The notes under the pieces were generated by a model. That model made no database searches. It was given only the letters and a program-made list of their open reading frames with translations, and was not told where the DNA came from. A DNA stretch of 64,000 nt, taken from contig NZ_JAVWNC010000003.1 of NCBI RefSeq assembly GCF_036637135.1, positions 1,024 to 65,023 on the forward strand, given 5' to 3'. A program made the translations under genes and the position numbers. The stretch comes from Anaerorhabdus sp. GTDB lineage: Bacteria; Bacillota_I; Bacilli_A; Erysipelotrichales; Erysipelotrichaceae. This document shows, in pieces, positions 28,436-37,151 of this stretch (its first letter is position 1; each line of letters opens with the position of its first letter).

Positions 28436-28906
28436 ATGAAAAAAGTAATTTTTATATCAAGTACAGGAGGACATCTGACTGAATTGATGCAACTTGCACC
28501 AATGTTTGAACGTGTAGATGCAACCTTAATTACAGAAAATACCGCATCTAATAAATCATTAAAGGATAAATATGGAGATAAGTTTACAACTCTTGCTTAT
28601 GGTACTAAACAACATTTATTCTCATATTTATTTATCTTTTCTTTCAATATTTTAAAATCACTTTTTCTTTTTATTAAAATTAGACCTGACTATATAATTA
28701 CGACAGGAACACATACGGCTGTACCGATGTGCAAAATTGCTCATATGTTTAAAAAGAAAGTTATTTATATTGAAACATTTGCGAATGCGAAAACACCAAC
28801 TCAAGCAGGAAGGATGATTTATCCAATTGCTGATTTATTCATTGTGCAATGGGAAAGTATGCTTGAGTTTTATCCAAATGCTGTATATGGGGGGTGGATT
28901 TTCTAA
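28436..28906 (+). CDS. Alg14-like glycosyltransferase membrane-anchoring subunit (CpsF/PssD type)
   Basis: ATG 28436 follows GAGGAG. The N-terminus KKVIFISSTGGHLTELMQL and ...VIYIETFANAKTPTQAGRM are typical of the oligosaccharide-biosynthesis Alg14-like family. Confidence 0.75.
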   Translation: MKKVIFISSTGGHLTELMQLAPMFERVDATLITENTASNKSLKDKYGDKFTTLAYGTKQHLFSYLFIFSFNILKSLFLFIKIRPDYIITTGTHTAVPMCKIAHMFKKKVIYIETFANAKTPTQAGRMIYPIADLFIVQWESMLEFYPNAVYGGWIF

Positions 28907-29385
28907 TGATACTAGTTACTTTAGGAACACAGGATAAATCGTTTCATCGATTGCTTGAGTCAATTGAAAAACAAATAGAACAAGGGTTGATTCAAGATAA
29001 GGTCATTGTACAAGCAGGCTATACTAAATTTGAATCTAAACACATGGAGATATTTGATTATATTGATCGCGATGAATTTGCGAAATTGTTATTAGAGGCA
29101 GATTATATTATCACCCATGGTGGTGTTGGAACGATTATGACAGCATTAAAAAGTGGCAAAAGAGTTATCGGTGCTGCAAGACTTGCACAGTTTGGTGAAC
29201 ATCATAATGATCATCAGACACAAATATTAGAAAGCTTTGATGAACAAGGAAATTTGATTTATGCCAAGGATTTAGAACACTTGGATGAATATATTAAAAG
29301 AAGCAACACGTTTAAGCCGAAAACGCTTGTGAGTAATACAGATTCATTTATCAAACTAATTGAAGATTTTATGGAAAAAAACTAG
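28906..29385 (+). CDS. Alg13-like glycosyltransferase catalytic subunit (Glyco_tran_28_C; CpsG/PssE type)
   Basis: TAATG overlap with the Alg14-like gene. MILVTLGTQDKSFHRL and ...ITHGGVGTIMTAL... match the family. Confidence 0.75.
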   Translation: MILVTLGTQDKSFHRLLESIEKQIEQGLIQDKVIVQAGYTKFESKHMEIFDYIDRDEFAKLLLEADYIITHGGVGTIMTALKSGKRVIGAARLAQFGEHHNDHQTQILESFDEQGNLIYAKDLEHLDEYIKRSNTFKPKTLVSNTDSFIKLIEDFMEKN

Positions 29386-29412
29386 AAAACATCTATTAAA
29401 TCAAAATGAATA

Positions 29413-29517
29413 TGATATAATGTCAATGGCTTTAATGAAATGCGTGACGTTTCGAAGAAATCAATTTTTTATAGTAACTACTGATAACCTTCGAACGCAT
29501 GTTTTGAAGGTTTTTTT
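29413..29517 (+). promoter_or_regulatory. pyr operon promoter and transcription-attenuation leader
   Basis: Extended -10 TGATATAAT (29413-29421). Terminator CCTTC(G)AA...TTGAAGG plus T7 (29488-29517). An upstream ATGCGT/TCGAAG (29440-29457) is complementary to CTTCGAACGCAT (29489-29500), giving an alternative antiterminator. Confidence 0.6.
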
Positions 29518-29528
29518 ATGGAGGTTAT

Positions 29529-30809
29529 ATGGGAAGATTATTTCAAAATGGAACTGTATATATCAAAGGAAAATTTGAAGAGAAGGATTTTATTATCGAT
29601 GATGATGGTTGTATTGTCACTGCAGATAAGATTGATGTTGATGATGTAGAAGAGATCATTGACTGTGCAGGATTGCATATTTTTCCAGGCTTCATTGATC
29701 CACATGTACATTTAAGAGAACCTGGTTATTCTTATAAAGAAACAATGAGTGCAGGCACAAAAGCGGCAGCACACGGTGGATATACCACAGTATTTGCGAT
29801 GCCAAATATTAATCCTGTACCAGACAGTGTTGAAAATATAAAACAATTAGAACAACACATCGAACAAAATGCTTGTATCCATGTATTACCCATTGCATCA
29901 ATAACAAAAGGACAAAAAGGTGTTGGAGAACTGGTAGATTTTGACCAATTAATCAAACATACTTATCTATTTTCTGATGATGGTAAAGGTGTACAAGAAG
30001 ATGACATGATGAAAGTAGCTATGCAAAGTTGTGCTAAGAATAATGCAATTGTGATAGCGCATTGTGAGGATGAAAGATTATTAAAACCAGGTGGTTGTAT
30101 TCATGATGGTAGTAAGGCTAAGGAATTTGGCTTAATAGGAATATCTAGTGCTTCTGAATATGAACAAGTAAAACGTGATATTGATTTGGTTCGAGAAACA
30201 AAATGCCAATATCACATTTGTCATATATCAACGAAAGAATCAGTTGAATTGTTAAGACAGGCAAAAAAAGAGGGATTGCCTGTAAGTGGTGAAGTGACTC
30301 CACATCATTTGTTCTTATGTGAAGATGATATTGTGGAGAATCATGGACGTTTTAAAATGAATCCTCCTCTTCGTTCAAAAGAAGATCAAGAAGCTTTGAT
30401 ACAAGGATTACTGGATGGAACGATTGATTGTATTGCGACAGATCAAGCACCTCATAGTGCTGATGAAAAGAACTGTACAATGGATAAAGCGATGATGGGT
30501 ATTGTAACAAATGAAATCGCATTTCCATTAGTTTATACAAAATTAGTTAAAGAGAAAAAATGTAAACTTGAAGATGTGATGGAATGGATGAGTGGAAGAG
30601 CAGCAGATGTATTTGGTGTTGATGGTGGTGAAATTGTGAATTTTGAAAAAGCGAATATCACAATATTCAATCTGTTAGATCGCCAATTTGTTCGACCTCA
30701 AGAATTTGAATCAAAAGGAAAAAGTACTCCGTTTGAAGGACAATGGTTACAAAGTAAATGCTATATGACTATCTGTGATGGAGAAGTAGTTTATAGAAAG
30801 GGCCTGTAA
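29529..30809 (+). CDS. pyrC: Dihydroorotase
   Basis: Metal ligands DPHVHLREPG. Amidohydrolase fold with ...ATDQAPHS.... Confidence 0.92.
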   Translation: MGRLFQNGTVYIKGKFEEKDFIIDDDGCIVTADKIDVDDVEEIIDCAGLHIFPGFIDPHVHLREPGYSYKETMSAGTKAAAHGGYTTVFAMPNINPVPDSVENIKQLEQHIEQNACIHVLPIASITKGQKGVGELVDFDQLIKHTYLFSDDGKGVQEDDMMKVAMQSCAKNNAIVIAHCEDERLLKPGGCIHDGSKAKEFGLIGISSASEYEQVKRDIDLVRETKCQYHICHISTKESVELLRQAKKEGLPVSGEVTPHHLFLCEDDIVENHGRFKMNPPLRSKEDQEALIQGLLDGTIDCIATDQAPHSADEKNCTMDKAMMGIVTNEIAFPLVYTKLVKEKKCKLEDVMEWMSGRAADVFGVDGGEIVNFEKANITIFNLLDRQFVRPQEFESKGKSTPFEGQWLQSKCYMTICDGEVVYRKGL

Positions 30810-30810
30810 T

Positions 30811-31554
30811 ATGAAATCTGTACAAACCTATCGAATAATACAAAATGTGATGTTAACTAAAAATGTTTACAAAATGATTCTTGAAGGGGATACAAGTTGG
30901 GTTGAAAAACCTGGACAGTTTATCAACATTACTGTAGATAATGGATATCTCAAGAGACCTATTAGCATAAGTGATTGGAATGATACAACACTTACAATTA
31001 TCTATAAAATAGTTGGTGATGGAACAGAGTGGATGTCACATCAACAACCTCAACAAATCCTTGAGGTACTTGTGGGATTAGGAAATGGGTTTGATTTAGT
31101 TTCGTCTAAAAAAGCATTGATTGTTGGTGGTGGGGTAGGAGTACCGCCATTATATCGATTATGTAAAGAATTAATTAAACAAGGAACTCAAGTTGAAGTT
31201 ATTCTTGGATTTAATACATTGAATGAGAGTTTCTATGAAGAAGAGTTTAAACTACTAGGTGCAAATGTAACTGTTTGTACGGTAGATGGAAGTTATGGAG
31301 TTAAAGGATATGTATCCAATGCAATACAGGGTGAGTTAAAGCATTATCCATATTATTCTTGTGGTCCATTACCGATGCTAAAAGCAGTATTTGATTCATC
31401 TAATACCCAAGGGCAACTCTCGTTTGAAGAAAGAATGGGATGTGGATTTGGTGCGTGTATGGGATGTAGTTGTAAAACATTGACAGGATATAAAAGAATT
31501 TGTGTTGAAGGACCAGTCATGAAAAGTGAGGAAATCTTATGGACAAAAGACTAA
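30811..31554 (+). CDS. pyrK: Dihydroorotate dehydrogenase B electron-transfer subunit
   Basis: FAD/NAD-binding ferredoxin-reductase-like domain and a C-terminal 2Fe-2S motif CGFGACMGCSC...C. Confidence 0.9.
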   Translation: MKSVQTYRIIQNVMLTKNVYKMILEGDTSWVEKPGQFINITVDNGYLKRPISISDWNDTTLTIIYKIVGDGTEWMSHQQPQQILEVLVGLGNGFDLVSSKKALIVGGGVGVPPLYRLCKELIKQGTQVEVILGFNTLNESFYEEEFKLLGANVTVCTVDGSYGVKGYVSNAIQGELKHYPYYSCGPLPMLKAVFDSSNTQGQLSFEERMGCGFGACMGCSCKTLTGYKRICVEGPVMKSEEILWTKD

Positions 31555-32456
31555 AGGTAAATTTATCAGGGTGGGAGTTAGATAACCCAGTAATTCCTGC
31601 GAGTGGTACTTTCGGATTTGGTTATGAGTTTGCTCAATTCTATGACATCAATGAACTTGGAAGCATTGCAACAAAAGGAACGACAAGAGAAGCGAGATTT
31701 GGAAATCCAACACCACGTATAGCAGAATGTGATCGCGGTATGATCAATGCAGTTGGATTACAAAATCCTGGAATCGATGAAGTCATACAAACAGAATTTA
31801 AAAAATTACAAGAGGTGTATCATAAAAAAGTAGTAGCAAACATTTCTGGATTCTCCGTTGATGAGTATGTTGAATGTGCCAAGAAAATGGATAAAGAAGA
31901 GATAGTAGGTATACTTGAAATTAATATTTCATGTCCAAATGTAAAACATGGTGGTATGAGTTTTGGTACCAATCCTGAAAATGCTGCAGAAGTTACAAGA
32001 GCAGTGAAAGCAGTAACAACCAAACCGGTATATATTAAATTATCACCTAATGTAACAGACATTGTAGAAATCGCTAAAGCGGTGGAAGATGCAGGTGCTG
32101 ATGGAATAAGCATGATTAATACATTGCTTGGTTCACGTTTTGATTTAAAAACAGGAAAACCAATCATTGCAAATGTAATGGGAGGATTTAGTGGACCTGC
32201 AATTAAACCAGTTGCCTTACGCATGGTTTATCAAGTCTATAAAGAAGTAAAAATTCCAATCATTGGTATTGGCGGAATCGCAACAGCTGAAGATGTAATT
32301 GAAATGATGTATGCAGGTGCTACCGCAATAGAGGTAGGGGCAGAAAATTGCCGTAATCCATATGCATGTAAAGAAATTATCGATAACTTACCAAAATTAA
32401 TGGATAAGTTAGGAATAAATAAATTAGAAGACATAATAGGGAGGGCTCATCAATGA
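31539..32456 (+). CDS. pyrD: Dihydroorotate dehydrogenase B catalytic subunit
   Basis: NPVIPASGTFGFG, NISCPNVKHGG, GIGGIATAEDV. Confidence 0.93.
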   Translation: MDKRLKVNLSGWELDNPVIPASGTFGFGYEFAQFYDINELGSIATKGTTREARFGNPTPRIAECDRGMINAVGLQNPGIDEVIQTEFKKLQEVYHKKVVANISGFSVDEYVECAKKMDKEEIVGILEINISCPNVKHGGMSFGTNPENAAEVTRAVKAVTTKPVYIKLSPNVTDIVEIAKAVEDAGADGISMINTLLGSRFDLKTGKPIIANVMGGFSGPAIKPVALRMVYQVYKEVKIPIIGIGGIATAEDVIEMMYAGATAIEVGAENCRNPYACKEIIDNLPKLMDKLGINKLEDIIGRAHQ

Positions 32457-33157
32457 GAGAAAGAGATGTCATTATCGCTTGTGATTTTTCAACAAAAGAA
32501 GAAACATTAAATTTCCTAGATTTATTCAAAGAAGAAAAACCTTATGTTAAGATTGGTCAAGAATTATTCTATTCTGAAGGACCAAGTATTGTGCATGAAA
32601 TCAAACGTCGTGGACACAAAATTTTCTTAGATTTAAAACAACATGATATTCCAAATACTGTTTATAAAGCAATTAAAAATCTAGCAACACTTGGGGCAGA
32701 TATGTTAAATGTGCATGCAGCAGGAACAATTGAAATGATGGCTGCAGCTCAAAAAGCAGTGAATGAAATAAATCCAAACATTAAATTAATAGCGGTAACA
32801 CAACTTACTAGTACATCAGAAGAGAAAATGAAAGAAGAACTTTGGATTGATCATAGCATCAATGATACAGTTGTTCACTATGCAAAGAATGCAGAGAAAG
32901 CAGGACTTGCAGGTGTTGTTTGTAGCCCGCTTGAAGCTGGTTTGATTCGTGAAGCTTGTTCAGAAAATTTTATTACAGTAACTCCGGGTATTCGTTTCAA
33001 TGATGCAACAAAAGGTGATCAAGTCCGTGTTACAACACCTGCATTAGCAAGAGAAATTGGTAGTGATTATATTGTTGTGGGTCGTCCAATTACAGGTGCA
33101 GAAAATCCTGTTGAAGCATATCGTCGTTGTGTAAAAGAATTTGTAAAAGGAGAATAG
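32453..33157 (+). CDS. pyrF: Orotidine 5'-phosphate decarboxylase
   Basis: IIACDF, KIFLDLKQHDIPNTV, VVGRPIT. Confidence 0.93.
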   Translation: MRERDVIIACDFSTKEETLNFLDLFKEEKPYVKIGQELFYSEGPSIVHEIKRRGHKIFLDLKQHDIPNTVYKAIKNLATLGADMLNVHAAGTIEMMAAAQKAVNEINPNIKLIAVTQLTSTSEEKMKEELWIDHSINDTVVHYAKNAEKAGLAGVVCSPLEAGLIREACSENFITVTPGIRFNDATKGDQVRVTTPALAREIGSDYIVVGRPITGAENPVEAYRRCVKEFVKGE

Positions 33158-33160
33158 TTA

Positions 33161-33793
33161 ATGGAAAAGTTAATAGCTAAAGATTTATTAGATATTCAAG
33201 CTGTATTTCTAAAACCAGATGATCCATTTACTTGGGCTAGTGGAATCAAGGCTCCTATATATTGTGATAATCGTCTGACTCTTTCGAGTCCAAAAGTAAG
33301 AAGAGATGTTGAAAATGCATTAGCTGAAATTATTAAAAAACATTATCCTGAATGTGAAGCGGTAATGGGAACTGCAACTGCAGGTATTGCACACGCTGCT
33401 TTAGTTTCGGAAATCCTTGATTTACCAATGGGTTATGTTCGTGCTAGTGCTAAAGACCATGGACGTACAAATCAAATTGAAGGTAAATGTGAACCTGGTA
33501 CAAAGGTTGTTGTAGTTGAGGACTTAATTTCAACTGCAGGATCTAGTATTGAAGTTGTTAAAGTACTACAAGATGCTGGTGCTGAAGTATTAGGGATTGC
33601 ATCAATCTTCACTTATGGTATGAAAAAAGGATTAGACCGTCTTGCTGAAGCGAATGTAAAAAATGTATCCGCAAGTAATTTAGATGTACTTGTTGAGGTA
33701 GCAGCTGAAACAGGATATATTCAACCTGAAGATAAAGAGAGATTAATTAAATTTAGAAATAATCCGAGTGATGAAAGTTGGATGATTAAGTAG
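33161..33793 (+). CDS. pyrE: Orotate phosphoribosyltransferase
   Basis: PRPP-binding motif VVVVEDLISTAGSS. FTWASGIKAPIYCDNR. Confidence 0.93.
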   Translation: MEKLIAKDLLDIQAVFLKPDDPFTWASGIKAPIYCDNRLTLSSPKVRRDVENALAEIIKKHYPECEAVMGTATAGIAHAALVSEILDLPMGYVRASAKDHGRTNQIEGKCEPGTKVVVVEDLISTAGSSIEVVKVLQDAGAEVLGIASIFTYGMKKGLDRLAEANVKNVSASNLDVLVEVAAETGYIQPEDKERLIKFRNNPSDESWMIK

Positions 33794-33794
33794 A

Positions 33795-33818
33795 AAACCA
33801 CATTTGTGGTTTCTTTTA
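33795..33818 (+). terminator. pyr operon terminator
   Basis: Stem AAACCAC/GTGGTTT followed by CTTTTAT. Confidence 0.7.
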
Positions 33819-33855
33819 TCCTATAATTCTATCGAAGTGAGTAGAGGTGAAATTG

Positions 33856-34278
33856 ATGGAGAAAGAAATAATTGGAAGTTGTCTACTAATTGCTTTAGTG
33901 GTGATTGGCTATTATTCTCAATCAATTCAAATGAGTAATACTATTTTAAAATCATCACAATCATGCATTATAAAATGCAATTATACTGCATCTAATACTG
34001 AATGTTATCGTGTCGATTTTGCAAATGAAAATGAGATACAAGAACTGGCAAATACTTTGAATAATCAAAGACTGTTTCCAAACCCTTTTCAAACTAACAG
34101 CCATGCATATCCATTAACTACATATCACTTAATCACAAATGAGAATGAAGAGTGGATTGAACTTTATTCCGACAATACTTTGTTGGTGGATGGAAAGGGA
34201 TACTTTAGTTTTGACTTTGATGATTTATTCAAAAAAATTGAAAAAAGCTATATGTCTAAAGTGCCAGTGAAAGTATAA
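33856..34278 (+). CDS. Hypothetical membrane-anchored protein (140 aa)
   Basis: ATG 33856 lies 5 nt after AGAGGTGA. One N-terminal TM segment. No recognisable motifs. Confidence 0.5.
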   Translation: MEKEIIGSCLLIALVVIGYYSQSIQMSNTILKSSQSCIIKCNYTASNTECYRVDFANENEIQELANTLNNQRLFPNPFQTNSHAYPLTTYHLITNENEEWIELYSDNTLLVDGKGYFSFDFDDLFKKIEKSYMSKVPVKV

Positions 34279-34309
34279 AATGAGTCCAATTTGGACTCAT
34301 TTTTGTTTT
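34277..34309. terminator. Bidirectional terminator
   Basis: Stem ATGAGTCCA/TGGACTCAT, flanked by AAAA and TTTTGTTTT. Confidence 0.8.
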
Positions 34310-35154
34310 GATGTTCGTGATAAATTTAAAACTGCAAGGATGAAGAAGATAATGGTAATCGCAATCATATATACAATATGATGAATGGGTTCGAATGTAA
34401 AATCACCTATCTTAAACACAACACCAACACTTTCTTTAAACCCATTTAAATATTCTATTGGTAAATTGTTGAAACTTACTTTAATAGGATCTACTAAGAA
34501 AACTTGTCTAAGTAATGCGGCAGAATGAGCGTTAGGAAAGAATTTGATAATTGTTTGTACGTAATTAGGAAGTGCACCAATGGGTAAGTATACACCGGTA
34601 AGAAATCCAATGAGTGTACCGAGAATTGTACTTGCAGTTGACATCGCACTTAGGCTATAGAAGAAACTAACGATAAAGAATATCATTGTACTCGACATAA
34701 AACTAGATATTAGAATAATTCCAATCGTTTGAATGATTCCAGTTAAGTTAAGAAGAGTTGCACCCTGACTTATGAGAAAGGCTTCACCTAGAATGAAGGC
34801 TACAAAACTCATTAAACTACCTACAATGAATGCACAAAGTATATAACTACCTACAAGCTTGTATTGAGCTATTGGAGAGGTGTTAAAGTCTTTACTAATG
34901 TGATTAGCTCTATCTTCTACAAAGAGTTCAAAAGCGCCCATTGTGGTTGTAATAGAGGTAACCGCAACGATGCCCGCAATAACCCAACTGTACATGAGTA
35001 TATCAACTTCAGCTACATCGAATCCACTTTTGAATTGATCACCAAGGAATACCGCATATAGTATGATGATAATAAGTACACCAAGTAAAGAAAAGAATAC
35101 AGTACTTTTTTGTCTAAAATAAATTTTGCAATTTCTCATCATTAAATTAATCAT
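34297..35154 (-). CDS. ABC-2 type transporter permease
   Basis: Six hydrophobic segments. Start set at M14 (ATG 35154), 8 nt after GGAGG, overlapping the ATPase gene's stop. Confidence 0.8.
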   Translation of the reverse strand: MINLMMRNCKIYFRQKSTVFFSLLGVLIIIILYAVFLGDQFKSGFDVAEVDILMYSWVIAGIVAVTSITTTMGAFELFVEDRANHISKDFNTSPIAQYKLVGSYILCAFIVGSLMSFVAFILGEAFLISQGATLLNLTGIIQTIGIILISSFMSSTMIFFIVSFFYSLSAMSTASTILGTLIGFLTGVYLPIGALPNYVQTIIKFFPNAHSAALLRQVFLVDPIKVSFNNLPIEYLNGFKESVGVVFKIGDFTFEPIHHIVYMIAITIIFFILAVLNLSRTSKQK

Positions 35155-36064
35155 TGATTTGACCTCCGGATGTAATTTGGATAAAGGCATCATTCATGGA
35201 ACCATGAATTACTTCAAAACTCTCTATGTAAGGTTCACATACATGAAGCAAAGGTATAATGATTTTAGACTCTTTGATTGGTATAATAATTAAATTGTTT
35301 GCGATAGTAAACGAATACGATTTTTGCGATAATATACTACAAATCTGGTTGACATCAAGTGCCTTTATACGTAATGTATCTTGACTATATTCTTCTTTCA
35401 AGTCATATGGAGTACCTCGTGCAACAATTTTTCCATGGTCAATAATAACGATGTAATCAGATGTTGCAGCTTCTTCCATATAGTGTGTTGTCAGGAAGAT
35501 TGTCATTCCTAATTCTCTTTGTAAATTAGAGATGGTGTTCCACACAAGTTCTCTAGTTTTAGGATCTAATCCAGTTGTCGGTTCATCTAAAAATAAAATA
35601 GTAGGTTTGTGTATTAAAGCACGCGCTATATCGGCACGTCTTTTTTGACCGCCAGAGAGTTTACCGTAAGGACGATTAATAAACTCTTGAATATCTGTAG
35701 CTTTTACTACGAAATCTAATGCGTCTCTTAATTGCTTTCCTTTTAAGCCATATAATCTACCACGAGTTAGAATATTCTCTTTTACAGTTAATAGTGGATC
35801 TAAAACACTATCTTGAAAAACAACACCAATTTTATTGCGTATTTTTTTGTCATCTTTACCTAACACACAATCATCAATGATAACTGTGCCACTATCTTTT
35901 TCAAGTAGAGTGCACATCATATTTATCGTTGTAGATTTACCTGCACCATTCGTTCCTAAGAAAGAAAATAGTTTTCCTTTCTCAACATAGAAACTGATAT
36001 CTTGTACTGCTTTTATATCTTTAAATGCTTTTTTTAGATTCTGTATTGAAATAATTTTTTCCAT
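35147..36064 (-). CDS. ABC transporter ATP-binding protein (DrrA/CcmA-like, pairs with the ABC-2 permease)
   Basis: Walker A GTNGAGKST, signature LSGGQKRR, Walker B ILFLDEPTTGLD. ATG 36064 lies 6 nt after GAGGTG. Confidence 0.9.
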   Translation of the reverse strand: MEKIISIQNLKKAFKDIKAVQDISFYVEKGKLFSFLGTNGAGKSTTINMMCTLLEKDSGTVIIDDCVLGKDDKKIRNKIGVVFQDSVLDPLLTVKENILTRGRLYGLKGKQLRDALDFVVKATDIQEFINRPYGKLSGGQKRRADIARALIHKPTILFLDEPTTGLDPKTRELVWNTISNLQRELGMTIFLTTHYMEEAATSDYIVIIDHGKIVARGTPYDLKEEYSQDTLRIKALDVNQICSILSQKSYSFTIANNLIIIPIKESKIIIPLLHVCEPYIESFEVIHGSMNDAFIQITSGGQIND

Positions 36065-36123
36065 TTCTATCACCTCAACTAGAGTCTAACGAATGTCGTG
36101 TCATTAAACAATGGCTATTGAAG

Positions 36124-36153
36124 TAAGATGACATAGTAACTATTTAAGTTGAC
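36124..36153 (+). promoter_or_regulatory. LytTR-type paired direct repeats upstream of the ABC operon
   Basis: TAAGATGAC (36124-36132), a 12-nt spacer, then TAAGTTGAC (36145-36153). They lie 60-89 nt upstream of the ABC ATPase start on the minus strand. Confidence 0.55.
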
Positions 36154-36154
36154 C

Positions 36155-36187
36155 AAAAAGAAAAATAAGATGGTTTACATCTTATTT
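36155..36187 (-). terminator. Terminator after the DUF3021 gene
   Basis: Minus-strand hairpin ATAAGATG/CATCTTAT overlaps the stop codon and is followed by TTTTTCTTTTT. Confidence 0.65.
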
Positions 36188-36588
36188 CTTTTCTTAATTG
36201 CTTTGTTTATCGATTCTGCTAATTCACTATTCATGAAGACAGCATATGCATAGGTCAATGGAAAGCAAAATAACAATGTAGGTGTTATCTCCCATAACCC
36301 AAATAATGAAAATGAAACAAAGCCGAAATTTGCACAGGCTATAAATACAACGGTATAACATATTATGACACGAATAATTAAATCACCCCAAAATGAAGAG
36401 TAATCAAAATGTTCTTGAATTTTATCGGATATCTCCATTAAAACTGCGATACTTGTGGATATAATTAAAACTTGTATCACTACTTCATTATCAATTGCTG
36501 GTGCTAAATCAAATTGTCTAAAAAATGTGAAAAGTAGCATCATGATTGTAAAACTTCCAAAAATAATATTTAGTATTTTTTTTATCAT
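36175..36588 (-). CDS. DUF3021-type small polytopic membrane protein (LytTR partner)
   Basis: Start at M21 (ATG 36588), 6 nt after GAGGTGAG. Four TM segments. The position immediately downstream of a stand-alone LytTR gene is the usual DUF3021 context. Confidence 0.65.
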   Translation of the reverse strand: MIKKILNIIFGSFTIMMLLFTFFRQFDLAPAIDNEVVIQVLIISTSIAVLMEISDKIQEHFDYSSFWGDLIIRVIICYTVVFIACANFGFVSFSLFGLWEITPTLLFCFPLTYAYAVFMNSELAESINKAIKKRNKM

Positions 36589-36598
36589 TATTCTCACC

Positions 36599-37036
36599 TC
36601 AAAATACAAACTTTCTTTTAAAATCCTGAATATAATGCTTTGATACAATTAACTTTTCATTGTTTTCTAATGTTGTTTCAATTCTCCCGTTAAAATGGGC
36701 TTTAACTGAAGTGACGTAGTTTGTGTTTACAATGCAACTTTTACTTATGCGAATAAAGGGAGAATTAGTAAGGAATTCCTCTAGTTCATATAATTTTTTG
36801 TCAGATGTATAAACCTTATTTGAAGTATAGATAAACACATTGTTATCAACAGTATCAAAGTAGTAAATATCTTCTAAAGCAATAGGTGTAGTTACGCCGT
36901 CAAGATATCCAACTAATGAGAATGAAAATAGTTTGATTTGTTCAATAAGTCGTTTGAGTCGATCATCCATATAGCCACAAGTAATTTTAATTTCGACTTC
37001 TTGCACATCGTTGGATTGTTCGATTAGTAATTTCAT
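36599..37036 (-). CDS. Stand-alone LytTR-domain DNA-binding protein (no receiver domain)
   Basis: The C-terminal half has FIRISKSCIVNTNYVTSV...LIVSKHYIQDFKRKF, typical of LytTR. Confidence 0.8.
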   Translation of the reverse strand: MKLLIEQSNDVQEVEIKITCGYMDDRLKRLIEQIKLFSFSLVGYLDGVTTPIALEDIYYFDTVDNNVFIYTSNKVYTSDKKLYELEEFLTNSPFIRISKSCIVNTNYVTSVKAHFNGRIETTLENNEKLIVSKHYIQDFKRKFVF

Positions 37037-37099
37037 GAAATATCCCCACCTTTAAAATCATTCTAACAAGAAGAATATAAGTTAACAAATATTATCTAG

Positions 37100-37129
37100 T
37101 AAGATGACTAAAAACAAATGTAAGATAAC
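37100..37129 (+). promoter_or_regulatory. LytTR-type paired direct repeats upstream of the LytTR-DUF3021 operon
   Basis: TAAGATGAC (37100-37108), a 12-nt spacer, then TAAGATAAC (37121-37129). They lie 64-93 nt upstream of the LytTR gene start. Same orientation and spacing as the pair at 36124-36153. Confidence 0.55.
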
Positions 37130-37151
37130 AAAAAAGACAGCGTTTGCTGTC
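37129..37151 (-). terminator. Terminator of the atypical response regulator gene
   Basis: Minus-strand hairpin GACAGC-AAAC-GCTGTC followed by TTTTTTG. Confidence 0.75.

Noticed and set aside
29360-29578. 72-aa ORF covering the pyr leader and the start of pyrC
   Set aside because: It begins inside the Alg13-like gene, runs across the promoter and terminator, and has no RBS. The region is better explained as a non-coding attenuator. A short leader peptide (MKCVTFRRNQFF...) cannot be excluded but lacks a Shine-Dalgarno.
36099-36133. Inverted hexamers TGTCAT ... ATGACA in the ABC promoter region
   Set aside because: They are short and AT-rich, separated by 23 nt, and the right arm is part of the TAAGATGAC direct repeat. 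The direct-repeat interpretation explains the sequence better.
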